Source: Polyangiaceae bacterium (GTDB taxonomy: Bacteria; Myxococcota_A; Polyangia; Polyangiales; Polyangiaceae). Taken from it: a stretch of DNA of 64,000 nt. Shown here piece after piece: positions 10,576 to 21,225 of the stretch (positions are counted from its first letter, which is position 1; every line of letters starts with the position of its first letter). The position numbers and the translations under genes were made by a program. Where the stretch lies: assembly GCA_050287085.1 (NCBI GenBank), contig JBNKBE010000011.1, forward strand, positions 128,001 to 192,000, in the 5' to 3' direction. The notes below the pieces were generated by a model. It searched no databases. It was given only the letters and a program-made list of their open reading frames with translations, and was not told the origin of the DNA.

Positions 10576-11442
10576 ATGGCGCGTCCCGATCTTGTCAATG
10601 CGGCAAAGGCCCAGCTGAATCCGGTCGAATGGTGGCAGCTACGAGCCGTCCGCCGAACGTTCATGCCTGGCCGGCTTGCAGACACCGTTCAATGGCTGCA
10701 GCGCAACGTCGGCTACCGCTGGATCCGCTTTGCGACCCGCCAGCTGCATCGAGTTCATCATATCGAGCGAATGCCGCTCTACCAGCCCGATCAGAGCTTC
10801 ATCATCGCATCCAACCACCGTAGCTTCTTCGATCTCTACATCATCACACCTGCGATGATGTACTACGGAGTCAAGCAGCGCATGGTCTTTCCGGTGCGCG
10901 CCAACTTCTTCTATGATCACCCGCTGGGCTTGGCGGTTAATGGCGCCATGAGCTTTTTCGCCATGTACCCGCCGTTCTTTCGTGACCGCAAGCGGACCGC
11001 GATCAACATGATGGGCGTCGACGAGCTCATCTGGCTGCTGCAGCAAGGAGGCCACTTCGTCGGCTTTCATCCGGAAGGGACTCGCAACATGGGAGATCCC
11101 TACGAGCTGCTCCCCGCAAAGGCGGGCATCGGAAAGCTTGCGCATACCTCCCGCGTGCCCGTCATTCCGGTCTTCACCAACGGGCTGTTGCCGTCGGATT
11201 TGGGCAAACAGCTCAAGGGCAACTTCAGCAAGAACGGCATGCCCATTCACACTGTCTTTGGGGCGCCGATCGACTTCGGAGAATTGCTGGACGAACCCGC
11301 ATCGCAATCGCTGTACAAGCGCATGGCCAACGTCGTGCGCGAGCGCATCATGGAGCTTGGCCAGGAAGAGAAGCAGATCCGGTCAGAGTACGAGTCGGGC
11401 GTTCGCAACTACGATACCGACGGGCACTCTCAAGGTCGCTAA
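10576..11442 (+). CDS. Lysophospholipid acyltransferase (PlsC-like)
   Basis: NHRSFFD (HX4D), FHPEGTR, VPVIPV. Confidence 0.88.
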   Translation: MARPDLVNAAKAQLNPVEWWQLRAVRRTFMPGRLADTVQWLQRNVGYRWIRFATRQLHRVHHIERMPLYQPDQSFIIASNHRSFFDLYIITPAMMYYGVKQRMVFPVRANFFYDHPLGLAVNGAMSFFAMYPPFFRDRKRTAINMMGVDELIWLLQQGGHFVGFHPEGTRNMGDPYELLPAKAGIGKLAHTSRVPVIPVFTNGLLPSDLGKQLKGNFSKNGMPIHTVFGAPIDFGELLDEPASQSLYKRMANVVRERIMELGQEEKQIRSEYESGVRNYDTDGHSQGR

Positions 11443-11474
11443 CGCTGGCCGTCCAGGGTCGCTGGCGTTCGGGG

Positions 11475-12533
11475 TCAGCGCCTCGCCCGCGGTAGGGCGA
11501 CCACGTCGCCAGTCCGGAGCGGTCTCAATTCGCCGACGCGTTGCTCAATATGGCCGACGCGACCTCCCAAGGTCTCGAGGTAGGCGGGTCGACAGTCGGC
11601 GCAATCTAGAGGCAAGAGTGCGGCGCGAGTGACTATCAGCCCGCCGTCCCAACGCGCGTCCACGGACTCGACGCGATAGGAGGTGGGCGCCGCTCCCGGG
11701 GGAAGTAGCGCAACCAAGCCAATGCCGGAGACAAGAACGACTCCGGCGCCTGCGTGCACGCGGCGGCGCGCAAGGTAGAGCGCGCCAGCCAACGTGACGC
11801 CGAGCAGGGCCAGGCCACGATCCGAGCCACGCCTTCCGGCAACGCTGGCGCTACCGCATCCGACCTCCTGAGTGTGCACGGTATCGTCCTGAGGCAACGG
11901 ACGCGCGTACAAAGTGGATACCGTGATGGCGTCGCTCTGCTCCAGATCGCGTTTCGACGTCTCACCCGGCTCAGAGTAGGCATACATGGTGGCCCCCTCG
12001 TGGTCGTAGTCCTCACCCAGGCCCAAGAAGTGACCCATCTCATGCGTCAGCACATTCTGCAGGTCGTAGGCCTTGGCTGCTCCGGGCTCGGCTCCATTCA
12101 AGCACGCAAAATGGTGCTCCCCGTTGAGCAGTATGTCCGCATCGAGAATGGCACCTCGGTCGAGATCGAAGGTGATTACAGTGATAGCCAAGGCGCCGTT
12201 CGCACGCTCGGAACCGTTGCGCGCGTACATAACGGTATTCGTGTTCTTCCCAACTCGGGAATACCCAAGTTCCTGAGTTTCGCCACGAGCTACGGTCACC
12301 GTCGGCAGGCCGGTGCCGACGGTTTGCCAAGCGCTAACAGCCCCTATCAGTGCTTCGTACCCATCATGGGTGAGCTGGTCGACAGACACGTCGACCACCA
12401 TCTGCACCTCGTCGCCTATCCATCGCGCACCCTGCGCGCCGCTACCGCGGCCGCTGTCAGCAGCAGAGGCAGAAGCGGACGTGGCAAACAGCCACGTCGC
12501 AATCGCTAACAACAAGCGAGGAGGGCGACCCAT
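11475..12533 (-). CDS. Matrixin (M10-like) zinc metalloprotease with C-terminal extra domain
   Basis: Signal peptide, DADILLN, YDLQNVLTHEMGHFLGLG, ATMY Met-turn; third Zn ligand position is E rather than H. Confidence 0.8.
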   Translation of the reverse strand: MGRPPRLLLAIATWLFATSASASAADSGRGSGAQGARWIGDEVQMVVDVSVDQLTHDGYEALIGAVSAWQTVGTGLPTVTVARGETQELGYSRVGKNTNTVMYARNGSERANGALAITVITFDLDRGAILDADILLNGEHHFACLNGAEPGAAKAYDLQNVLTHEMGHFLGLGEDYDHEGATMYAYSEPGETSKRDLEQSDAITVSTLYARPLPQDDTVHTQEVGCGSASVAGRRGSDRGLALLGVTLAGALYLARRRVHAGAGVVLVSGIGLVALLPPGAAPTSYRVESVDARWDGGLIVTRAALLPLDCADCRPAYLETLGGRVGHIEQRVGELRPLRTGDVVALPRARR

Positions 12534-12773
12534 GTATCCGGGAACGGAAGCACGGCGACCAGCTTTAGCATTCGCGAACGGTCGCGCGCTCTGCGAGCCA
12601 AAGCAGGTCGCCGTCGGCCCCTCGCGCGTTCTCGAATCCACGGAACGCGCCGAGAGCAGCTATTCTTGCTTAAGAACCCTCGCCAGAGGACGTATGCCTC
12701 AGCCGATTGGCGAGCTCAGTGAAACCACGGCGGGCTTTGCTGCGCGTCGTAGCCGCGGTATGACCGGCTTGCC

Positions 12774-13316
12774 ATGATCAGTGCCGAGCCGTTTGCCCAC
12801 ATCGAGCTACTCACTCCGCAAGCCAAACCAACGCCGTTCGGTTCACTCTGGGCCGATGGCCCCGTGGTGGTTACGTTCCTGAGACAGTTTGGGTGTATTT
12901 TCTGCCACCAGGCTGCGGCGGAAGTCCTCGACCACCGTTCCGAAATCGAGCGCCACGCACGCATCGCTTTCATTGGAAACGGTAATCCGTCGCACGCCGC
13001 CGCGTTCGCGAATCGCTTGGGTCTGGAGGGCTGCGTCTATACGGACCCGGCTCGGCTATTGTACAACGCACTGCGCCTGAACTTTGGCGTATTCAAGACC
13101 GTCAACGTCGCGAGCCGCCGGCTCTATCGACAAGCTCAAGCGCAAGGTTTCCGACAAATCGGGACGTGGGGAGATCGCTGGCAGCTAGGTGGAACCTTCG
13201 TCATCAATGCCGGGGGCCTACTGGTCTTCACGCATCGCTCGGAACACGCTGGCGAGCATGCGTCGCTACGCGATTTGCTGCTCACATTGCCAGACGTCAC
13301 CTCACAACCCCACTGA
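12774..13316 (+). CDS. Peroxiredoxin-like AhpC/TSA family protein (PRXL2-like)
   Basis: FLRQFGCIFC, YTDP.R.LY.AL, QLGGTFVI. Confidence 0.85.
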   Translation: MISAEPFAHIELLTPQAKPTPFGSLWADGPVVVTFLRQFGCIFCHQAAAEVLDHRSEIERHARIAFIGNGNPSHAAAFANRLGLEGCVYTDPARLLYNALRLNFGVFKTVNVASRRLYRQAQAQGFRQIGTWGDRWQLGGTFVINAGGLLVFTHRSEHAGEHASLRDLLLTLPDVTSQPH

Positions 13317-13380
13317 GAGCTTGCCCTCCGCCCAGCGCCCAAGCCCACGTTGGGATTGCGCGTGCGCCAAACGGGCCCCG

Positions 13381-15183
13381 CTACAACCAAGGATTGATGG
13401 CAAAGGGCGCAGTTCGGCTGCGGGCTAGGGTGGCGGCCCGCACGAGGGCCGCCGCAACAAGCACCAACGCGGCGGCCCCCAACGCGTGGCTCGCGCTCTC
13501 CCGCAGCCATTCAGGCCATACGCCGGCCCCCCACGCCGGCGCCCCGATCGCCGCAAGCAACGCCCAGGGCAGGACCCATTTGACCTGACCTCGATGCAGA
13601 TACTGCCCCGGCACCGGAAGCTGATGGCCCAGGAGCAGTGCCCCGATGAACAAACACGTGCTGAGGAACTGATGGAGCAGCGCGCCAGAAAGGTGCATGA
13701 CCCCTCCGGTCCCCAAGAACGCCGCCTCGAAGCAGTGACATAGGAGCGCTAGATGCACCATGTCGAGCTGGCGCTCTGAATATCCACGCAGAACGGAGCC
13801 GCGCACCCGATAGGCCGCCGACGACAAGGCGGTCGAGCCGATCATGAGCAGCCACACCCCCCCCGCAACGATGGTGGACGGCGAATGAAGCAGGACCCAC
13901 GAACTCGTGTCCAATCCCCTCCCCCCGAAAACGACAAGGTGTCCGGTGTCCAACACCACGGCCAGCAGACAGGATAAGAGAGCGATCTGCGAGAGCGCCG
14001 CCCACAACACGCGACGCAAACCGTCAAACAACGACCAACGTCCTGCACGCTCGCCTTCCAGCCAGCGAGCCAGCAGAGCGCTGCATAGCAGCGCGCCAAG
14101 CAGAACCACGAGATCGTAGTCCGCTGGCCATGGCACCGCCCGAAAACGCATCAAGGCAACGAGGGCACTGACTGCCAAGAACGCCCCAAGTCCAAATGCA
14201 ACGCTGCCGTTTGCACTCGTCGCCGCCTGATGTTTGCCTCGCAACAACCCCGAACGCAGTGCGCTGACGACGCGCACGCGAGTCACCACCAAAACAAGCG
14301 CGCGCAGCCCGCCCAGCCGCGCCCCCATCAGCGCAAGGCAGAAGGGGAGCACCAACATCAGCGCACGCCCCCAGCGGCGCGCTTCTTCCGGAAGGTAGCC
14401 GGCGACGTCTATCGTCACCTCGGCGGCTCCTTGCACTCCTGCACGCTCCACCAACCAATGTGCCACTCTCTGCCCCGGAGCGGGGGCTAGATCCGAAGGC
14501 GCCAGGGCCGCCAACGCATCGGCCCGAAGCACGACGTCTCCGTTCCGCACGCCAGCCGCCGCAAGGCGGCCCTCGGTCCCAAGCGTCACCACCCGAAGCC
14601 CCAGCGCTTCGGAAACCGGGGCGAACTCACCTCCGAGGAACGCAGCCAACCTCGGCTCAGCGTCCATCGCGCTCAGCTCCGTTGGGGCGGGGAGAAAGTC
14701 GAGCTGAACGTGAGCACTTCCTACGACCGGCGCCGCTCCAGCCACCTCGGGCGGAAAGGCTACCTGCACATTGCCCGTGAAGACGCAGTGTTTCGAACCA
14801 TGCTCGACTCCAAGGGCCAAGCGCTGCGAAGCCGGCTCTAGCTCAAATGCAATCGCGTCGGCCGATTCGCTATGCCCACTACCGCTCAAGACAACGGGTT
14901 GCTTTGCCTCGCCCGCGCAACGCCGCTCACCTCTGAGCCGAACCCGCGCGTCGCGCCCCTCCGGAAATCCGCCGCCGCGGACGCGGAGCGGTTCGCTCGG
15001 TTCGACCACCGGCGGGACGATGTCGTGGACGGCGACTAGCTCCGGAACTTCGGCCTCGCAGGCGACCAATAACACGCCGACCAATACGCAAAACACCCGC
15101 GCCGTCCCGGGCAAGCTCAATGCTGCGAGTAGGCGCGCCCGCACTGCGCATCGGTTTAGTTGAGGGGAGCGGCCATCATGCAT
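13381..15183 (-). CDS. Hypothetical polytopic membrane protein with lipoprotein-type N-terminus and PDZ-like domain
   Basis: LLVAC lipobox; GLRVVTL..AAAGVRNGDVVLRAD PDZ-like segment; multiple C-terminal hydrophobic helices. Confidence 0.55.
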   Translation of the reverse strand: MHDGRSPQLNRCAVRARLLAALSLPGTARVFCVLVGVLLVACEAEVPELVAVHDIVPPVVEPSEPLRVRGGGFPEGRDARVRLRGERRCAGEAKQPVVLSGSGHSESADAIAFELEPASQRLALGVEHGSKHCVFTGNVQVAFPPEVAGAAPVVGSAHVQLDFLPAPTELSAMDAEPRLAAFLGGEFAPVSEALGLRVVTLGTEGRLAAAGVRNGDVVLRADALAALAPSDLAPAPGQRVAHWLVERAGVQGAAEVTIDVAGYLPEEARRWGRALMLVLPFCLALMGARLGGLRALVLVVTRVRVVSALRSGLLRGKHQAATSANGSVAFGLGAFLAVSALVALMRFRAVPWPADYDLVVLLGALLCSALLARWLEGERAGRWSLFDGLRRVLWAALSQIALLSCLLAVVLDTGHLVVFGGRGLDTSSWVLLHSPSTIVAGGVWLLMIGSTALSSAAYRVRGSVLRGYSERQLDMVHLALLCHCFEAAFLGTGGVMHLSGALLHQFLSTCLFIGALLLGHQLPVPGQYLHRGQVKWVLPWALLAAIGAPAWGAGVWPEWLRESASHALGAAALVLVAAALVRAATLARSRTAPFAINPWL

Positions 15184-15301
15184 TGTTGGTTACGCGCTAT
15201 AGGCGATTACGAACTCGCGGGCGAGTTAACGGAGAGCGCAGGAGCAAGCTGCACTAGTTGCCTTTCACCGCCAGATCCGCCTATCTGTGCGGCATCCCAT
15301 C

Positions 15302-15802
15302 ATGTCCACCTCCGCGCCGCCGACTCCCCCTGAAAGGCACGTCATCAAGCGATACTCCAATCGCAAGCTGTACGACATGAAGAGCAGCCAGTATGTCACG
15401 CTCCAGCAAGTGGCCGAATTGGTCCGTGCGGGAGTCGACATCCAGGTCGTCGACAACGCCACCAAAGACGACAAGACTGAAGTCACCCTGGCGCTCATCA
15501 TTTCTGAGGAGCTCAAGACCCGACCACGGGGGATCCCGCTGACCATGCTGAAGGAGCTCATCCGCAATCGAGGGGAACGTCTGCTCAGTACTCTGCGCGA
15601 TGGTCCTATCGCCAAGTTGATTCCAAAAGACGGGGCGGAGCCTGAGCCGCGCGTTGAAGCCGCTTCTGCCCAGGAGGAGCTCAAGGGCATTCGCCAGGAT
15701 CTCAACCGTCTGAACGACCGGCTGCGAGCGCTCGAATCGCGACTGGACGCATCTAGGGAATACTCCGAGCAACCCCCTGTTAGCCCTGCAGACGAATTAT
15801 GA
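15302..15802 (+). CDS. PhaR-like (PHA synthesis regulator) DNA-binding domain protein
   Basis: IKRYSNRKLYD..SQYVTL..V..VVDNAT..D.T..TL..II; C-terminal coiled coil. Confidence 0.88.
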   Translation: MSTSAPPTPPERHVIKRYSNRKLYDMKSSQYVTLQQVAELVRAGVDIQVVDNATKDDKTEVTLALIISEELKTRPRGIPLTMLKELIRNRGERLLSTLRDGPIAKLIPKDGAEPEPRVEAASAQEELKGIRQDLNRLNDRLRALESRLDASREYSEQPPVSPADEL

Positions 15803-16455
15803 TGAGTGCCGAGCAGCAAGCCCGTTTCGAAAGCGAAGCACTGGAGCAAGTCGAAGCCTTGATGGGGCTAGCCCGGCGACTGACGCGCAACGATGCTGAG
15901 GCGGAGGATCTCGTACAGGACACCTTCCTGAAAGCCCTACGGGCCCAGGGCCAGTTCCAGCCGGGCACCAATCTGCGCGCGTGGCTGATGCGCATCCTAC
16001 GGAACGCATTCATCAATCGCTACCACCGAGGTGCGCTCGAGAAGAGCGTACTCGGCGCTGCAGTGCCCGATCCCGTAGCCGACGGTTGGCTCAGTTCCGC
16101 GACAATGCAGGCCATGCGCAATCCCGAAGCCGCAACGCTTCGTCCCGAACTGGAACGCAGTCTCAGCACCGCGGTAGACGCCCTACCTCCAGAATTCCGA
16201 GAAGTCATCCTACTGGCAGACGTGGAAGAGTTTTCCTACAAGGAAATCGCCGAGATGACAGGGTGTCCAATCGGAACGGTCATGTCTCGACTGCATCGCG
16301 CCAGGAAGCTGCTCAAGGCGAGCTTGATCGAACACGCGCGCGACCAAGGAATCGTCAAGGCGGAGACCGATATTGGCGCGGCCGAACCCATTGATCTCAA
16401 CCGCTTCCGAAAGGCGGCCACGGAAGCCCAATCGAAACGAGAGCGAGGCAAGTGA
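15799..16455 (+). CDS. ECF RNA polymerase sigma-70 factor (SigH/SigR-like)
   Basis: AEDLVQDTFLKA, GTNLRAWLMRILRN, FSYKEIAEM..PIGTVMSRLHRAR. Confidence 0.93.
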   Translation: MMSAEQQARFESEALEQVEALMGLARRLTRNDAEAEDLVQDTFLKALRAQGQFQPGTNLRAWLMRILRNAFINRYHRGALEKSVLGAAVPDPVADGWLSSATMQAMRNPEAATLRPELERSLSTAVDALPPEFREVILLADVEEFSYKEIAEMTGCPIGTVMSRLHRARKLLKASLIEHARDQGIVKAETDIGAAEPIDLNRFRKAATEAQSKRERGK

Positions 16456-17432
16456 TGGATTGCACCAAAGTGCAAGCTCGGCTTGAAACGTTCTTAGACG
16501 GAGAACTTCAGCCCGAGAGCACCCTAGAAGTAGAAGCCCATTTAGACTGCTGTCCGCGCTGCGCTGAAAGCATCAAGTTCTCTCAGGCATTGCGCAACAG
16601 TCTGTGTCACGTCGTCAAGCGTGAATGCATCGTCAGCGACGAGTTCAAGCGCCGTCTCAGAACGGCCCTAGCCGCGGAACGCTGCCGTTCACCCGTGACT
16701 GAGCGAGCGGCAGAGGCCGAGCCCGTTCAAACGCAGAGTCCGCGCGGCGACCTTGCGCGGCGGCGTGCGGAGGTTGAGCAGCGACAACATGAGGGCTTTC
16801 CCTGGCGCCCATTGTGGACGCTGGTGGCTGCCGCTGCAGGATGGGTGCTATTTCTCAAGTGGGTCCCAGCCGAAGAGCGCATGGTCATGCCACCACTGGG
16901 GCATTCGAAAACCGCTGTCCCCGACAACAGCACCCACACGGCTGGCTTCGCTGGCGCAAGAACCAACGTGGTCGACGACGCCTTGGACAAGCTCATCGAC
17001 TATCATTCCTCCCCCCCCGCTCCGCAAGTCGTAGAGGAGGAACTTGTTCGTGATTTTGAAGCCGACGTCGGGGTTCGGGTTCACGCGCCAAGCTTGCAGC
17101 AATTTGGCGCGTTGTGGGAAGGAGCTAGCCTCGTTCCGGTGACTGATCACGCTGCGGCATACCTACGCTATCGGATGCCGCGAAGACATGTGACGCTGTA
17201 CGTCTATGATCCGCGCAAGGTGCCACTGCGACGTAGCCATGCTTGGCGAGCCGTGCACACGGGCGACGAGGTCGCCAAGTCCTCCAGTGAAGAAGGCCAC
17301 GCCAATACAGTCTATCTAGGACACTGGCGTGGCTACTCGGTTGCGGCCAAAGAAGCCGAAGGTATCGGCTACGCGCTTGCCGCAGATCTGGATGACGATG
17401 CTGTCAGTCGGTTGATTACTGAGATTCACTGA
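16452..17432 (+). CDS. Zinc-binding (zf-HC2/ZAS) transmembrane anti-sigma factor
   Basis: FLDGEL..HLDCCPRC, single TM helix, GTGA overlap with sigma gene. Confidence 0.85.
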   Translation: MMDCTKVQARLETFLDGELQPESTLEVEAHLDCCPRCAESIKFSQALRNSLCHVVKRECIVSDEFKRRLRTALAAERCRSPVTERAAEAEPVQTQSPRGDLARRRAEVEQRQHEGFPWRPLWTLVAAAAGWVLFLKWVPAEERMVMPPLGHSKTAVPDNSTHTAGFAGARTNVVDDALDKLIDYHSSPPAPQVVEEELVRDFEADVGVRVHAPSLQQFGALWEGASLVPVTDHAAAYLRYRMPRRHVTLYVYDPRKVPLRRSHAWRAVHTGDEVAKSSSEEGHANTVYLGHWRGYSVAAKEAEGIGYALAADLDDDAVSRLITEIH

Positions 17433-18369
17433 TCCGTCGGGCCGAGTCGCTCGCGCTTCTTCCCAAGCGGCCCCCGACGCCCTCTGAGTCCTCCCGCCAA
17501 CGACGCGACCTGAAGTAGCGCTCGCTGGCGTAGAAGGCGTCGTCCTCATTGGCGGCAAACCAGCCGGGGATGCCCAGCACGGGCAGCGGATGAAGCTCAA
17601 TGTCTGCGCCCGCTATTCGCGCCCGCAACTCGGCGTCTTGCTGGGCTCTCGAGAGCTGACTCGGTGCCATTCGCGTGTGCACCAAAAGACAGTGGCCAAC
17701 CAGACCAATGTAGGGATCCAGCAGCGACTCCAACAGGGCGTGCCCCAGGGCGAGCGGAACCAAGTCGCGATTCCAAGCTCGCCGCTGAGCGAGGAACAAC
17801 TCCTGCCAGCGTAGCGCTCGCACCAATTCCAGAAGTTCCTGGGAACTAGAGAATACGACAACACCCCGCTCGTCGAGATGCGTCAATTGATTCTGCAGAG
17901 GCGTCCGACCTGTGCTTCCAGCGCCACGGTCGGGCGGCGCCGCCTGCGCTCGGTGGATCGCCCACTTGGTCATAGGCAGGGCGCACCAGATCAGTGCATT
18001 GTAGAGGTCGTGCCAGTTTCTAGTGCGTGTGGGAATCACTCCCTGCGCGTCGATGAACGCGTCGTATCCACCCGCGCGACGCACCACCCCTTTATCCACC
18101 TCACCGAAGCGCAACGCCCTCCCTGCCACGTGTCGCAGAGGCTCCGCGTAGCGCTCGACCTCGCTCACAGAGGGGAAGTCAGCAAGGCGGCCCAGGGACA
18201 CGCGCCACTCCTTTGGAATAACGGTCGTGGGCGCCCCTCGCTCTGGCACCCCCCCGAAGTCGGTGGGCGGTGAAAAGCGGCGGGGCCTAGCGCACACAGG
18301 GCAACTCCTATCGGACGAGCGCGAGACCGTGCTTTCGCGGGTCGGCGCCGGCCGAAACAGCACCGCCAT
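17416..18369 (-). CDS. DUF3025 family protein
   Basis: IPTRTRNWHDLYNALIW..P.TK, LTHLDERGV, GHALLE, PLPVLGIPGW, YFR; true start probably downstream of 18308. Confidence 0.8.
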   Translation of the reverse strand: MAVLFRPAPTRESTVSRSSDRSCPVCARPRRFSPPTDFGGVPERGAPTTVIPKEWRVSLGRLADFPSVSEVERYAEPLRHVAGRALRFGEVDKGVVRRAGGYDAFIDAQGVIPTRTRNWHDLYNALIWCALPMTKWAIHRAQAAPPDRGAGSTGRTPLQNQLTHLDERGVVVFSSSQELLELVRALRWQELFLAQRRAWNRDLVPLALGHALLESLLDPYIGLVGHCLLVHTRMAPSQLSRAQQDAELRARIAGADIELHPLPVLGIPGWFAANEDDAFYASERYFRSRRWREDSEGVGGRLGRSASDSARRISESQ

Positions 18370-20134
18370 CCCAGCTCACAGCCTGCACAGCATGCATTCC
18401 AAAATCGGTATGGCCCACTGCTTCACCACGCAAGACAAGGTCTTTCACGAAGGCTTCGTCCCAGTCTGGCGGCGCACTGATGGTGTCCTTTCCCAATGGT
18501 ATGAGAAAGCGAGGCAGTTGAACCAGCCCAGCGGCGGGCACTCCAAACACCAAATGAGAAACTACCAGCTGCGAAACATTGGTGGCAATGGTCATACCGC
18601 CAGACCCTCCCGCCGCCAGAGTCACGCGCCCCTCCCTTACGACAAGGGTCGGCGTCATGCTCGACAGGGGACGTGCACCGGGTCGTGCACGATTGGGCGA
18701 CACGGCAACGCCTAGACCACTTACCCAACGCTGAGCGGTGAAGTCGTCCAATTCATCGTTCAGCAGAACGCCGGACTTGGGGGCGAGAAGCTTGGCGCCA
18801 AACGCGCGATTTACCGTGACCGTCATCGACGCCACGTTGCCCTCGGCGTCAGCCGTCACCAGATGATGAGTTCCCGACTCCGGACTCTCGAAATCCTCAA
18901 TGCGGTGCGTCCGGAACCCCCCGATACGGGCTCTTCGTGCTCGCATTCTGTCAGGTGCGAGCAACGCTCGTAGGTCCACTTGCTCGAACGCCGGATCTCC
19001 GAACACAGTCATGCGGTCGTAGAGCGCAGCCCGAAAGGATTCTGCCAATGCGTGAACGTAGGCTGGACTATTCAACCCCAGGGCGCGAAGCTCACGAGGC
19101 TCATAGAGAGCCAACGTGTGCGCCAGCATATACCCGCCGGCACTGGGGAGCGGCATCGTGTAGACCTCTTGACCCGCAAACTCGATGCGCAACGGTTCAC
19201 GCACCACTGGCGCGTAGGAGCGCAGGTCCTCCAAGGTAAGAGCCCCACCCGCGGCTTGCACCGTCTCAACGATTTCAGCCGCGACCGGCCCCTCGTAGAA
19301 GGCCGATGGCCCCCGCTTGGCAATGCGCGAAAGCGTGGTCGCCAAACGCGGATTGTAGATGCGAGCGCCTTCCGACGGTACGCGGCCCCGCGACAACCAA
19401 AGCGCAGAAAGCCCCGGGTCTTGGGCAAGCGCCGGACGGGCCAGCTCGAGTACCCGAGCCATATGAGGACCGATCCTGAAACCTTCACGAGCAACGCGCG
19501 CAGCCCGCTCAACCACGTCCTCCCACGGCAACCTACCGAAGCGTGTGTGCAGCGCAAATAGCCCCTTGACCTCACCGGGCACGCCAACCCAACGCCCCCG
19601 CTCGCGGCTGTCAAAAGGACGACGCTCAAAGGCCTCTGCTTCGAGGCGCGCCGGGGCGCTTTCGCGAAAGTCGATAATGATGGCACGCTGCGCACTGGCA
19701 TTCCAATAGTTGACGAAGCCACCCCCACCAATGCCCGACGATGACGAGTTAACAATTCCCCCGACCAGCGCGGCCACGACCGCCGCATCCGCGGCGTTGC
19801 CCCCTTCCTCAAGCACCTTAAGGGCCTCGTGGGTGGCGCGCGGTGCCTCCGTGGCCACTGCACCTCGGGCCGCTGCCTTGCGGCCAGCCCCAATTGCGGT
19901 GGGTAGCCCCGCGGGCTCTTCATCACCTCGCCGCAGGGCCGTCGGCACCGGTGTTTCTTGCGCAATCTGGTCCGTCGAGTGCTGCGCGGCTGCGTTCGGA
20001 GCCAAGGTATGCCGGGGTGCTGCGCTGAGCAACACGAGCCCAAAGCCAAACACCAACAACACTGGAAACAACTTTCCGCCCGACTGGCGCTTACACCGTT
20101 CAGGCCTCATCCCAATCTCCAGCTTGCCCGTCAC
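18308..20134 (-). CDS. ggt: Gamma-glutamyltransferase
   Basis: GGNAADAA, SGIGGGGF, IDFRESAP, GVPG, GTHHL (catalytic Thr), LLNDELDDF, PLSSMTP. Confidence 0.93.
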   Translation of the reverse strand: MTGKLEIGMRPERCKRQSGGKLFPVLLVFGFGLVLLSAAPRHTLAPNAAAQHSTDQIAQETPVPTALRRGDEEPAGLPTAIGAGRKAAARGAVATEAPRATHEALKVLEEGGNAADAAVVAALVGGIVNSSSSGIGGGGFVNYWNASAQRAIIIDFRESAPARLEAEAFERRPFDSRERGRWVGVPGEVKGLFALHTRFGRLPWEDVVERAARVAREGFRIGPHMARVLELARPALAQDPGLSALWLSRGRVPSEGARIYNPRLATTLSRIAKRGPSAFYEGPVAAEIVETVQAAGGALTLEDLRSYAPVVREPLRIEFAGQEVYTMPLPSAGGYMLAHTLALYEPRELRALGLNSPAYVHALAESFRAALYDRMTVFGDPAFEQVDLRALLAPDRMRARRARIGGFRTHRIEDFESPESGTHHLVTADAEGNVASMTVTVNRAFGAKLLAPKSGVLLNDELDDFTAQRWVSGLGVAVSPNRARPGARPLSSMTPTLVVREGRVTLAAGGSGGMTIATNVSQLVVSHLVFGVPAAGLVQLPRFLIPLGKDTISAPPDWDEAFVKDLVLRGEAVGHTDFGMHAVQAVSWDGGAVSAGADPRKHGLALVR

Positions 20135-20188
20135 AAAGGTGTTATAAAGGTCTGCGCCGCGTTTTCATAGCGGGCACCAGAGTTTCCA

Positions 20189-21127
20189 ATGCGTTTCCTT
20201 TTCATTATGGACCCGCTCGACGGGATCCTCCCTGACAAGGACACGAGCTATGCTTTCATGCTCGCGTCCGTGGCCCGCGGCCACCAAGCATTTCACTGCC
20301 AACCCCACGAGGTATCCAACCACGGCCACGCCGTGGCGGCCTGGACGCGCGAAGTCTTGATCAGCGATGGTGCGCGGCCGCCCGCAGCCGCCGCCCCGCA
20401 GCGAATGTCGCTGACGGAATTCGATGCGGTACTGATTCGGAAAGACCCGCCCTTCGATGCCGCGTACCTACATCTGACGCAGCAACTGTCCCTGGCGGGC
20501 GAGCGTCTGCTGGTGGTCAACGCTCCCGATGCCTTGCGCGCTGCAAACGAAAAGCTATACGCCTTCCAGTTCGCCGAGTTCATGCCGGAAACGTTGGTGA
20601 GCAGCAATACCCAAGAGCTGCTCGAGTTTGTCATGAGCGTCGGTGGACGCGCCGTAGTCAAGCCCTTGGATGGCGCAGGCGGGGCGGGGGTCATGGGTCT
20701 TGAGGGAGGCTCTCGCAACACGCGAGGTATTCTTGACTACGTGACCCGTGAGGGACGCGAACTGGCGATGGTCCAGGCGTTTCAGCCCGAAGTGGTTGCA
20801 GGCGACAAGCGGGTCCTATTGCTCGATGGTGAGCTCCTGGGCGCGATTCGGCGCGTTCCTCGAGAAGATGACATTCGAGCCAATATTCACGTGGGCGGAC
20901 GCGTCGAGGCAACCGACTTAACGCCAGCGGAACAGCGGCTGGTAGACACCGTCGGACCGCGACTCAAAGCCGTCGGACTATTCTTCGTCGGACTCGATCT
21001 CATCGCCGAGAAGCTCATCGAGATCAACGTCACCAGTCCCACAGGTATTCAAGAGCTTTCGCGCTTGTCGGGCACAGATCACGCCGCCCGAGTCATTCTG
21101 TGGCTCGAGGCAAATGCTCGAAACTAG
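20189..21127 (+). CDS. gshB: Glutathione synthetase
   Basis: FIMDP..KDTS, RKDPPFD, NEKL, KPLDG.GG, GDKRV, EINVTSPTG. Confidence 0.95.
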   Translation: MRFLFIMDPLDGILPDKDTSYAFMLASVARGHQAFHCQPHEVSNHGHAVAAWTREVLISDGARPPAAAAPQRMSLTEFDAVLIRKDPPFDAAYLHLTQQLSLAGERLLVVNAPDALRAANEKLYAFQFAEFMPETLVSSNTQELLEFVMSVGGRAVVKPLDGAGGAGVMGLEGGSRNTRGILDYVTREGRELAMVQAFQPEVVAGDKRVLLLDGELLGAIRRVPREDDIRANIHVGGRVEATDLTPAEQRLVDTVGPRLKAVGLFFVGLDLIAEKLIEINVTSPTGIQELSRLSGTDHAARVILWLEANARN

Positions 21128-21225
21128 AATCTAGCCCGCGCCCCATGGCGCGCAACGCTGCTCTCGGCCCACCAGGCCAGCCACCTTCGACCCTTGTTAG
21201 CTCGCACCCCGTACAACCGTCCATC

